From Dehalococcoidia bacterium (GTDB taxonomy: Bacteria > Chloroflexota > Dehalococcoidia > SM23-28-2 > WHTN01): a DNA stretch of 64,000 nucleotides. The first letter of the stretch is position 1. Every line of letters starts with the position of its first letter. The translations under genes and the position numbers were made by a program. This document shows positions 46,310 through 55,339 of this stretch, in pieces. The notes below the pieces were generated by a model. It worked only from the letters and a program-made list of their open reading frames with translations. It ran no database searches and was not told the origin of the DNA. The stretch lies in NCBI GenBank assembly GCA_009377715.1, contig WHTN01000005.1, positions 2,764-66,763 of the forward strand. The letters run 5' to 3'.

Positions 46310-47581
46310 ATGTTTGGGACAAGCCTAGCCGCCCGGTTCGAAAGCTATATTAATGGCGATACAGCTACGCTGTTTAGCGCTTTGGTTAGGATTGCCGAGG
46401 CCAAGGAGTTAGTGTTATACCTTGTGGGAGGCTCCGTTCGTGACCTCGTTTTGGAGAGGGCGAATATTGATGTCGATATCGCTACTGAGTCGGACGCCAT
46501 AAGCCTAGCTGAGACTGTGGCCGCTGAGACCGGCGTGGCCTGCAAAATCCATCGGGCGTTCGGCACTGCCCGGTTGCTGATAAGCGAGGCATATTTGGAC
46601 TTAGCGACCGCTCGTTCGGAAACGTATCCCCAACCGGGGAGCTTGCCGCGAGTGCAGCCTGTGACGCAATCAGAAGACCTGGGCAGGCGAGATTTCACGA
46701 TCAACGCTATGGCCCTGACCTTAACCGGCCCGGAAAAAGGAAGATTAATCGATAATCATGGCGGGCTTGCCGATATAGCTCGCGAGACGATCCGGGTCCT
46801 CCATGACGCAAGCTTTATCGACGATTCGACACGGATCTTAAGGGCGATACGCTATGCGAGCCGGCTGGGTTTTGACATCGAGCCTCATACGCTGTCTCTC
46901 GTGCAACGCGATAAGCATTATCTTGCCACGGTTAACCAGCCCCGCTTGCGACTCGAATTCCGGCGAGTCCTCGACGAGGAGGAACCTGAACGGGCGCTGT
47001 CGCGGTGCGAAGAATTAGGCGTACTGCGAGAGATACATTCCGACCTAAGCTTTGGGAATAGCCAGGCAGCCGCGTTTGCTGCGGCCCGGCGCGAGATAGA
47101 CAGTTCTTCAGCGGTTTACTACACGCTGCTCGCGCTAACTCTCAGTGCGCCGCAAGCGGCGAGCCTGGCTGACCGCTTAGCGACTACGCTTATGCAGCGT
47201 ATGGCTATGGAAGCTGTGCCCCTGGCGCGCGATCTCGTGGACGGCTGGGCGTCCGATGTCCGGCCGAGTCAAGCGGCCAAAGCCCTACGTATGTATCCGG
47301 AGCAAAGCTTATGGGCACTGGCTTTAGCCGCGCCTGAGGCTCGGGCGCGGGAGATCAGTCGGCAATACCTACAAACATGGCGGCACGTTCGTGCATCCCT
47401 AAACGGCCGGGATGTCCAACGGCTCGGCATCCCCAAAGGACCGACAGTCGGTGCGGTTATGGAGCAGATCATGGACGGCCTTCTCGATGGACGCCTACAG
47501 TCTCGCGAGGACGAGGTGCACTTCGTAGAGAAGACGGTGCATAATTACCAACGGCAAGGTGAATATAGGTTGAATGAATGA
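46310..47581 (+). CDS. cca: CCA-adding enzyme / poly(A) polymerase-family tRNA nucleotidyltransferase
   Basis: LYLVGGSVRDLVL...DVDIAT...RRDFTINAMAL. Confidence 0.85.
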   Translation: MFGTSLAARFESYINGDTATLFSALVRIAEAKELVLYLVGGSVRDLVLERANIDVDIATESDAISLAETVAAETGVACKIHRAFGTARLLISEAYLDLATARSETYPQPGSLPRVQPVTQSEDLGRRDFTINAMALTLTGPEKGRLIDNHGGLADIARETIRVLHDASFIDDSTRILRAIRYASRLGFDIEPHTLSLVQRDKHYLATVNQPRLRLEFRRVLDEEEPERALSRCEELGVLREIHSDLSFGNSQAAAFAAARREIDSSSAVYYTLLALTLSAPQAASLADRLATTLMQRMAMEAVPLARDLVDGWASDVRPSQAAKALRMYPEQSLWALALAAPEARAREISRQYLQTWRHVRASLNGRDVQRLGIPKGPTVGAVMEQIMDGLLDGRLQSREDEVHFVEKTVHNYQRQGEYRLNE

Positions 47582-47868
47582 GCGCTAGAGAGGCCCGCAG
47601 AAAAAGACGCAGGCAAAGGCCACTAGAGCCAACTGCAGAAACATCATCACCATCTCCTCGCCGCTGGCTAAATGCTTACGTCGTGCTCGCCTTCGGTATC
47701 GGAGCGATAATAGGGTCGTTGTTTGGCGGGATATTCTTCTATATCGCCGTCTTCCTTACGATACTCAGCGCCAGCAGGCTGATCGGCCGCCGCTTACGAC
47801 AGTCTGTATACGAACGCCGTACGCGCACCGCCCGAGCTGCTGCGCAACAGGCCGCCGAGGAAATCTGA
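47578..47868 (+). CDS. Hypothetical small membrane protein
   Basis: ATGA overlap with cca. It has a basic N-terminus, one or two TM helices (VVLAFGIGAIIGSLFGGIFFYIAVFLTIL) and a basic C-terminus. Confidence 0.5.
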   Translation: MSAREARRKRRRQRPLEPTAETSSPSPRRWLNAYVVLAFGIGAIIGSLFGGIFFYIAVFLTILSASRLIGRRLRQSVYERRTRTARAAAQQAAEEI

Positions 47869-47924
47869 TTTGTATGCCTCGTGTAGGCCTTTTAGGGGAG
47901 GCCATACACTTTGACGATAGTCAT

Positions 47925-48002
47925 GTCATTCTGAACGCAGTGAAGGATCCGAGCACCGAAAAGGTACGGATTCTTCGCTCCTAGCGTCGCTCAGAAAATG
48001 AC
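47925..48002 (+). repeat. Long imperfect inverted repeat of the GTCATTCTGA(A/G)CG family
   Basis: gtcattctgaacgcagtgaaggatccg...cggattcttcgctcctagcgtcgctcagaaaatgac. Confidence 0.7.
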
Positions 48003-48016
48003 ATCCGTGAATTGAT

Positions 48017-49369
48017 CTACGCCTCTCCCATCCCGGCCAATACCGCCGCCATATGCTTTGTGCCGCTGACGAAATCCGCGATACGGATGTTCTCGTCGGG
48101 GGCGTGGATGCGCGAGTCTGGGTAGCTGATGCCGCAGTCAGCGGTTGGCATGCCCAGCGTCTTGATGAACGAGTGGAGCGGCCCCGTCCCCGCCATCGTC
48201 GGCACCAGCAACGGTTCCACCGGATACGCCTCCCGCGCTGCTTTCTCGACGACTTTTACGAACGGCGAATCGAGGGGCGTCCTGGCCGGGTGTCCGCCGG
48301 AGAGGTGGCGCACTTCGATATCGTCGAAGCCGTGACGCACGAGATGTGCCTTTAGCTTTGCGAGGATGTCCTGCGGGTCTTGGTCCGGCACCAGCCGGAA
48401 GTCGAGCTTGGCACTGGCCAGCGCTGGCAGCACGGTCTTGGCGCCCGGGCCTTGATAGCCAGACGTAAGCCCGTCGATCGTGCAAGTCGGCTCGGAGTAG
48501 TGGCGCAAGCGATAGTCCACTCCGCGTAGACCTTTCAAATAGCGCGGCATCTCTAGCGTTTGTAGCAGCTCATCCTCATCGGATGGCATCGCTTCGATCG
48601 CTGCCCGCTCATCTGCCGTTGACGGCCGGACTGCGTCGTAGAAGCCTTCGATCATCACTTGCTCGTCGGCGTCCTTGAGCGTCGAGAGTGCCCACACCAG
48701 ACGCCAGGCCGCGTTCGGGACGACCGTCGCCCAGGACGAATGTGAATCGCGGGCGGCACTGCGCACCTCCAACTCGACATAAAGAAGTCCTTTAACCCCG
48801 AGCGTTATCTGAGGTTGGCCATCCCAGGTAACCCCGCTACCCTCCCAGAGGCAGGCGTCCGCCTTGAGCAGATCGAGATGTTTGTGGACGAACGGCTCGA
48901 TTTCGGGGCTGCCGATCTCTTCGTCGCCTTCAATGCAAAACTTGATGTTGATGGGCGCCTCGCCATTCACTGCCAGAAGAGCATCGAGCGCGGCCAGGCG
49001 TGAGACGATCTGCCCTTTATCATCGGAGACGCCGCGCGCGTAAAGCTTGTCGCCGCGCCGCGTCATTTCGAAAGGCGGCGTCGACCATAGGTCGAGCGGC
49101 TCCGGCGGCTGCACATCGTAGTGGTTGTAGAGCAGGATCGTCTTTGGCGATTTTCCAGGCCGCTCGGCATATACGACCGGATTGCCCTTGTCCTGCTTCG
49201 GTAGGACGCGGACGTCGAATCCGCGCCGCCTGAGCATCTCACTGAGAAATTCGGCGGTCTCGCTGATGGCCTGTCCCTGCGCGCTGACCGTAGGCAACGC
49301 GCAGAAACGCCGCAACTCATCCAACGTCTCTTCCAGATGATCGTCTATGTAACGAAAGACTTCTTGCAT
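48017..49369 (-). CDS. M20 family metallopeptidase (dipeptidase / ArgE-DapE-CPG2 superfamily)
   Basis: LLYNHYDVQP...ARGVSDDKGQ...IEGDEEIGS... Confidence 0.88.
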   Translation of the reverse strand: MQEVFRYIDDHLEETLDELRRFCALPTVSAQGQAISETAEFLSEMLRRRGFDVRVLPKQDKGNPVVYAERPGKSPKTILLYNHYDVQPPEPLDLWSTPPFEMTRRGDKLYARGVSDDKGQIVSRLAALDALLAVNGEAPINIKFCIEGDEEIGSPEIEPFVHKHLDLLKADACLWEGSGVTWDGQPQITLGVKGLLYVELEVRSAARDSHSSWATVVPNAAWRLVWALSTLKDADEQVMIEGFYDAVRPSTADERAAIEAMPSDEDELLQTLEMPRYLKGLRGVDYRLRHYSEPTCTIDGLTSGYQGPGAKTVLPALASAKLDFRLVPDQDPQDILAKLKAHLVRHGFDDIEVRHLSGGHPARTPLDSPFVKVVEKAAREAYPVEPLLVPTMAGTGPLHSFIKTLGMPTADCGISYPDSRIHAPDENIRIADFVSGTKHMAAVLAGMGEA

Positions 49370-49404
49370 CTCAAGCTCCTTATTAGTTTGTTGGCTTTAT
49401 CCAT

Positions 49405-49728
49405 GTCATTCTGAGCGAAGTGAGCGAAGAATCCGCTTGCCCGTAGGGGCACGGCACGCCGTGCCCTGCCTTCGCGATCCGTTAAATCCGTTTACAGGTT
49501 CCGCAACCAGTTCACCCCGCCGCCTTCTGCTGTCATTGCGAGCCCTTCGCATCCGTTCAGGATAAACTCCACGAAGCAATCTCTCGCCTCTGCGAGTCGC
49601 CTGCGGAGACAGCCCGTTTCCATTACGCCACTTGCCATCGGCCGACTGAAGCTGAGATTGCCACGGCCACCTCTGGTGGCCTCGCAATGACGGTTGACCC
49701 CGCTCACCCTGAGCTTGTCGAAGGGGCG
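49405..49728 (+). repeat. Composite intergenic repeat block (four module types, nested inverted repeats)
   Basis: The block contains GTCATTCTGAGCGAAGTGAGCGAAGAATCCG (49405-49435) and the palindrome copy GTAGGGGCACGGCACGCCGTGCCC (49443-49466). GTCATTGCGAG (49532-49542) pairs with CTCGCAATGAC (49681-49691). GCAATCTC (49576-49583) pairs with GAGATTGC (49654-49661). CCCCGCTCACCCTGAGCTTGTCGAAGGGGCG lies at 49698-49728. Confidence 0.8.
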
Positions 49729-49749
49729 TGGCCCAGAGATTTAGATAGG

Positions 49750-50259
49750 TCAGTCTGCTCTCACCATCCAGAAATTCGATCCTTTTGAGGACATATCGAA
49801 ATCGCTGCTGCGGGCTGGACGATAACCGACGCGCAGCCAGAAATACACGCCGAGGCCGTTGTTTATGTGCACGGGCGTCCGGAACCGTCGCATCAACCCT
49901 CGCCGCGTTACTTCTTCTTCGAACGCGTACACTGCTTCGCCACCGAGGCCGCGCCTTCGTTCATCGACCCGTATCGCTATGAACGTCAACGTCAGCCAGT
50001 CTTCGTCGTTAGCGTCGTAAGCTATCACGCCTAAGGGATTGTCGTCCTCACGCATGGCGATCGCCATTATGCCGTCGGTACCCGGCGTCAGCAGAGCGTT
50101 CGCTTTCTCTTTGGTTTCGTCGGTTGCCTTCTTCTCGCCCTGCGATAGCGCGACCGCCTCTGGTAGCCAGTTTGCCAACGCGGTTGCATCGTTCGCCGAA
50201 AGCAAGCGCAAGGCCACTCGCAGACCGGAGACGGTCGACTCAGAGGCCTTCGTCTTCAT
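49750..50259 (-). CDS. GNAT family N-acetyltransferase
   Basis: From ATG 50259 (ATGA overlap with the dinG stop) the product is MKTKASE...IAIRVDERRRGLGGEAVYAFEEE. Confidence 0.7.
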   Translation of the reverse strand: MKTKASESTVSGLRVALRLLSANDATALANWLPEAVALSQGEKKATDETKEKANALLTPGTDGIMAIAMREDDNPLGVIAYDANDEDWLTLTFIAIRVDERRRGLGGEAVYAFEEEVTRRGLMRRFRTPVHINNGLGVYFWLRVGYRPARSSDFDMSSKGSNFWMVRAD

Positions 50260-53059
50260 CTTTCCCGGCGAGTCAGCCAGTTCGCGGCCATCTCGGGCAG
50301 TTCGTCCAGCGGCCCTTCGCGCACCGTGCATGAGGGCAGCGAGTCGAGGAACGCTCGCCCATATCGTTTGCTGGTCAGCCTCTGATCGAGCACGACCACG
50401 ATGCCGCGGTCGGTCTTGCTGCGGATGAGCCGGCCGAAGCCCTGTTTGAAGCGTAGGACTGCTTGAGGCACGGCGTATTCGGTGAATGCGTCCTCGAACA
50501 GCTCGGAACGGGCGGCGAAGACGGGTTCGGTAGGCACCGTAAACGGAAGGCGAGCGATTATAAGCAGCGAGAGGTTCTCGCCGATGATGTCTACGCCTTC
50601 CCAGAAGCTGGCCGTGCCCAGCAGTACGGTCTGTGGCTCCCTACGGAGCGTGTCCAACAGTTGCCGCGCTGAACCGTCGATACCCTGTCCCAACACGGAG
50701 ATGTGCTCGCGCTCCAGCATGCCTTCTATTGCCTTGCGCGTAGTCCTGAGGGCCGCATGCGACGTGAATAGTACCAGCGCCCTGCCGTTAGTCGCCCGGC
50801 TTAGCTCCACAATGGCTTGTTCGAGTTGCGCTTGATACCCGGGCCAGCTTGGCTCCGAAAAAGAGCGCGGCAGCAGCACAAGCGCTGAACGCTTATAGTC
50901 GAAAGGCGATCCCAGTAAGAGTTCTCGCGCCTCAGTTAGACCGGTGCGCTCCTTGAGATAGTGAAGCCCGCCTTCAGTGGAGAGAGTCGCGCTGGTGAGG
51001 ACTACAGTTCGTTTGTCGTTGTATAGGCGCTCTTGCAGCAGCTTCGAGACGTTCAGCGGCGCCCAGGCGATGCTTATCACGCCCTCGCGACCTTCCCGCA
51101 ACCATACTATCCGTTCGTGATCGTTCTGCTCTATTGCCGCGGCGATACCGTCACGTAAATAGCGTCCGGCCTGGGTTAGCGCGCCCAGTTCGCTCTCTAT
51201 CTCGTCGTAGCCCGTCAGATGGCCTTCGGCATCCTCGATCGCTGTGTGCAGGGCGTCTAAAACATCCTCGACCTCAATCAGGGCGCGTTGCAACGCGTCC
51301 CAGGCTGTCTCCACTCGTTCCCAGTCGGGCTGGGCTCGCTTCGATCGCGTAATACGTAATCGGCGGTCGTAATCCCCGGCCTCTTCTGAGTGCAGCCGGA
51401 GGAAGCGGCGCACCGTCTCGAAGAACGGCGTCAGGCTATCCCTGGCCTGCAAATTCGCCTGGCTCAGCGCTTGCGTCAAGCCAACCAGATATGCCTGAGG
51501 CCCGATGGCGAATGCCGCGGCGCCGCGAGCGCTCTGGCGCACCATGTTTACGATCCCGCCTTGGCCGTCGCTGCGCTGGATGCGGTCGAAATGTTCGCTC
51601 AGCGCACTCTGCTCCGCCTCGAACCCTAACTGGCGAGTGGCCTCGTCTTCTAGATGGTGCGCTTCGTCGATGACGAGAACATCGTATGGCGGTAGCACGC
51701 GGTTGCCAGTGGCGATATCGGACAGCAGCAGCGAGTGGTTTACGATCAGTATGTGAGCGGCTTCCGCCCTCTGGCGCGCCTTCAGGAGAAAGCAGCCGTC
51801 GCCGCTTTCAGGCCTATTAGCGATGAAGCAGCCGCCCTCCTGAGCACTGAAGCGGTTCCACAGTGACTCTTCCTCACCGCGCAGGTTCAATTCGCTGCGG
51901 TCGCCGGTTTCCGTTTGTAGCAGCCACAGGAGCAGGCGCACCAGCATTTTGGATTCCTCTGGTCTATTGCCTACCGACCGGCGCAAAGCGGTGAAACGGC
52001 GTAAGCAGAGGTAGTTTCGCCTTCCTTTGAGTTGAGAACCGCAAGGCTATCGTCCGCGCCTGCGACATCAAGCAGCCGACGGAGCAAAGGAACGTCCTTG
52101 TTTGTCAGTTGCTCTTGTAGGTTGATCGTGTTAGTCGAAATTACCACGCGGGCGTTGTTCGCCAGCGCATAGCGCGCGGCGGGAATCAGATATGCCAGCG
52201 ATTTCCCGACGCCGGTGCCAGCCTCGACGATTAAGCTCTCACCCTCGACGATCGCTTGGGCCACCGCGCGGGCCATTTCTGCCTGTTCCGGCCGCTCCTC
52301 GAAGTTAGGGAAGGCATCGCTGCCGTCCCGGGCAGCGTTCAACACGCTGAGCACTTGCTGCTCGGTTATCTCAGTGTATGTAGCGTTCGGCGCTAGCGGC
52401 CGGCTGCTGACACTACGCGCCTTTTGAGCAGTGCTAGCCCCTATGCCCGCCGACGCCAACCCTACAGAACGCTCTTCGAGGACCTGGCGGAAGAGGTGCT
52501 TCAACGGCCAGGCCGTGCTCGACGCCAACTGGTCGATCTCCGCCAGCACTTCGACCGGCGTTGCCCGTAGCCGTTCGAGCAGGGCGAGGAAAGCGTCCTT
52601 TGCGGCGATGGCGTCCGGCAAAGCTCGATGTCGCACCGGGAAATCGAGCTCGAAACGCTTTGTGAGGTTGTAGAGGCTATAGTCGCCTAAGCCGGGCAAG
52701 AGCAGCGAAGCTAGTTCTCGGGTGTCGAACGTTGGCCCGCTTGGGTATACGCCTGCCTCTGCTAGGAACGCTATGTCGAAGCTCACGTTGTGCCCGACGA
52801 CCGTGCTGCTGCCGATGAAATTCTCCAGTTCGGCGCTTACGGAATCGAAATCCGGGGCATCTTGAAGGTTATCGTCATTTATGCCGGTGAGCAGATGGAT
52901 ACGGTACGGCAGCGGCCTGCGTGGGTTCACGAACGTAACGAAAGAGTCGTGTGTCTCACCGGCGGCGTCGAAGCGCACCGCTCCGATTTCGATTATCTTA
53001 TCGGACTGCGAATCGATGCCTGTGCACTCGAGGTCGATGCTTACATATGACGTGGACAA
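50256..53059 (-). CDS. dinG: Bifunctional DnaQ-like 3'-5' exonuclease / DinG-family ATP-dependent helicase, split by a single-base frame change
   Basis: The N-terminal ORF 51971-53059 has YVSIDLECTGI...HNVSFDIAFL, then EAGTGVGKSLAYLIPA. The -1 frame, open from 52046, continues LKGRRNYLCLRRFTALRRS...VIDEAHHLED...(ORF 50256-51986). 2804 nt, so one added base gives 935 codons. Confidence 0.88.
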
Positions 53060-53098
53060 GTTGCCGCCTTTCCGCCGATTATAACATGCGTTCTACGG

Positions 53099-53521
53099 TT
53101 AATTAGCAGCCTCGGCTATATGCGGCATGACCCAGCCAAAGCTCACCAGGAATGCGAAAGCCAGCACGATTATCGGCCAGTACAGGCGGCGCAAGGGAAT
53201 CTGGACCATAATCAAATTCATAGTTGAGAAGAGGACTATCACGAGCGTAAAGAGGCGGTTCGGGCTCCCCAATCCGCTATCTGGAAACTCGGTCTCCGCT
53301 CCCCAGTACAACAGGCCTAGGACCATCCCGACCGCCGTCCAGACTATGAACGCGAGCATTGATATGGGAACGGCTAGCGCCACCCAGGAGAGATTACCAG
53401 CTACGCCCTGCGAGAGGAAGGTGGAGTGGGCGCGGGCGTGAGTTAGCATCACGGCGCCTAGCCATGTGAAAACAATAGCCATGAGGTAGCCGGCCGTAAA
53501 GCCTGCGAAGATCTCTCCCAC
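53099..53521 (-). CDS. Hypothetical membrane protein (4 TM)
   Basis: Hydrophobic ORF. GTG 53521, 8 nt after the ispE stop, is preferred over the 53611 start, which overlaps ispE by 80 nt. Confidence 0.5.
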   Translation of the reverse strand: MGEIFAGFTAGYLMAIVFTWLGAVMLTHARAHSTFLSQGVAGNLSWVALAVPISMLAFIVWTAVGMVLGLLYWGAETEFPDSGLGSPNRLFTLVIVLFSTMNLIMVQIPLRRLYWPIIVLAFAFLVSFGWVMPHIAEAAN

Positions 53522-53531
53522 GCTTATTTCT

Positions 53532-54413
53532 CTATGAGGGTAAGGCCGTAGCGGCCTCGGTACCAATGGTAGCAGCAGCGTACACATCCGCGTCAATACG
53601 CTGGTTGACACTATACACTATCGCTTTTGCATCAGCCTCATCCTGCGCGAGCACAAAAAGCGTAGGCCCGGCGCCCGCGAGGTGCACAGGCCGGCCGGAC
53701 GCGTCGGCGAGGGCCTTCCAGTGGCCTTCGAGGCTTGGAAAGACCTCTAGAGAGGCTCGCTCGAAGACGTTGACCAGCGCCTTATCCTTTAAGGCGAGGC
53801 CGCCCTTCAGGCTTTTGACGAAGTCAGCCGTATGGCGGCCGTGGCTAAAGTCGTCGGGTCGGAGTTGTCCGAATAGCGTTGCCGTTTTGGCCGGCAGTTC
53901 GATAGTTGGTGCCACAAGTACTAGCCATACGTTATTAAGATCTGGCAATGGCGTGATTATCTCGCCGCGACCTTCGGCGAGGGCCGTGCCCCCGTACAGA
54001 AAAAACGGGACGTCGGACCCGACCTCCGCCCCGATCTCCGCCAGCTTATTAGCGCTCAAGCCGAGTCCCCAGAGTTCGTTAAGGCCGCGGAGGGTTGCGG
54101 CGGCGTCGCTACTGCCACCGCCTAAGCCGGCTGCGATGGGAATGTCCTTTCGCAAATGCAGCCGCGCTCCGCTATTTCGTGCCACCCTCTCGCGTAAGAG
54201 CTGAGCTGCCTGCCACGCCAAATTCTCTTCATCTGGTATCGGCGTGGCGCTGTCCTGCTCGATCGTGACGTCGTCTGCGCGCTCGAACGTCAGCGTGTCG
54301 ACGAGATCGATGGTCTGTAGCACCGTCCGCACCTCGTGGTAGCCGTCGTTCCGGCGCCCCAGCACTTCTAGAGTCCAGTTGATCTTTGCCGGCGCTCTAA
54401 CGATTAGCTTCAT
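53532..54413 (-). CDS. ispE: 4-diphosphocytidyl-2-C-methyl-D-erythritol kinase
   Basis: APAKINWTLEVLGRRNDGYHEV...IPIAAGLGGGSSDAAA. Confidence 0.93.
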   Translation of the reverse strand: MKLIVRAPAKINWTLEVLGRRNDGYHEVRTVLQTIDLVDTLTFERADDVTIEQDSATPIPDEENLAWQAAQLLRERVARNSGARLHLRKDIPIAAGLGGGSSDAAATLRGLNELWGLGLSANKLAEIGAEVGSDVPFFLYGGTALAEGRGEIITPLPDLNNVWLVLVAPTIELPAKTATLFGQLRPDDFSHGRHTADFVKSLKGGLALKDKALVNVFERASLEVFPSLEGHWKALADASGRPVHLAGAGPTLFVLAQDEADAKAIVYSVNQRIDADVYAAATIGTEAATALPS

Positions 54414-55260
54414 GGTAAGCGAAAAACTTGCGCCAGCTACTATAGAGGTCTAGCCATTCCGGCAGGCTAACCGTTTGCGCCCTGCGGGACGGCTCGACGC
54501 CTGCTGAAGCTAAAAGTTCTGCACTTGCTGTAGCCTCTATGCCTAATCCTAGCGCTAAAGCGTTGTGGAGCTGCTTGCGCGGTGCCCGGAAGCCGGCGCG
54601 TAACAACGTGAAGAAGCCTTCGCGCTCGGCCTCGGCTAGCGGGAGCTCTGGGCGCACGTTTAGCTCGACGACAGCCGACCAAACTTTCGGGGGCGGCGAG
54701 AAAGCTTGCGGCGGTACGCTGAAGAGTAGGCGAGGTTCGGCGTAAAACTGGACGCAAGTTCCCAGTAAGTTCATGCTTCCGGGCGCCGCCGCCATGTTTT
54801 CGGCGACTTCCTTCTGCATCATCGCAACGATCCGTCTTGGTCGATGCGGCGCTTCTAAGAAGTGTCGTATGACCGCCGCGGCGATGTAGTACGGCAAATT
54901 GCCGACCATGACATACGGTTCATGGTCGTTGTTGCTTTGTACAATATCTTCGATAGGAAGCGCCAGCACGTCGCCGCAGACGACTCGTAAGGCGGCATAA
55001 CGGCTGGCGAGAGAGTTGAGCTTGGCGCACAGGTCCTCATCGATCTCCACAGCCACCACTTCAGCGGCCGCGTCCAATAACGGCTGGGTAAGAGTGCCTG
55101 GCCCAGCGCCGATTTCGACGATTCTTTCGCCTGTCAAGGGAGCGATGGCTTGGACTATTCGCTCCAGCACGCGCCTGTCGCGAAGAAAATGCTGTCCGTA
55201 CTTCTTTCGCCCGCGAGGCGAGGGCGCAGCGCGCCAGAGATCGGCGGCTTGTTCTTGCAT
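54397..55260 (-). CDS. rsmA: 16S rRNA (adenine1518/1519-N6)-dimethyltransferase
   Basis: KKYGQHFLRDRRVLERIV...VEIGAGPGTLT...GNLPYYI. Confidence 0.93.
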   Translation of the reverse strand: MQEQAADLWRAAPSPRGRKKYGQHFLRDRRVLERIVQAIAPLTGERIVEIGAGPGTLTQPLLDAAAEVVAVEIDEDLCAKLNSLASRYAALRVVCGDVLALPIEDIVQSNNDHEPYVMVGNLPYYIAAAVIRHFLEAPHRPRRIVAMMQKEVAENMAAAPGSMNLLGTCVQFYAEPRLLFSVPPQAFSPPPKVWSAVVELNVRPELPLAEAEREGFFTLLRAGFRAPRKQLHNALALGLGIEATASAELLASAGVEPSRRAQTVSLPEWLDLYSSWRKFFAYHEANR

Positions 55261-55339
55261 AGCTCTAGTTTACTGCGAGCGTGGAGTTTTCGGAAATCTG
55301 AGGTTACAAATTGTGCTCTGTGCTTCGCGTAAACCCAAT

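Noticed and set aside
49406-49707. Small ORFs (93 aa and 71 aa) in the repeat block upstream of the M20 peptidase
   Set aside because: They coincide with nested inverted repeats and palindromes that recur elsewhere in intergenic DNA. They are not credible as coding sequence.
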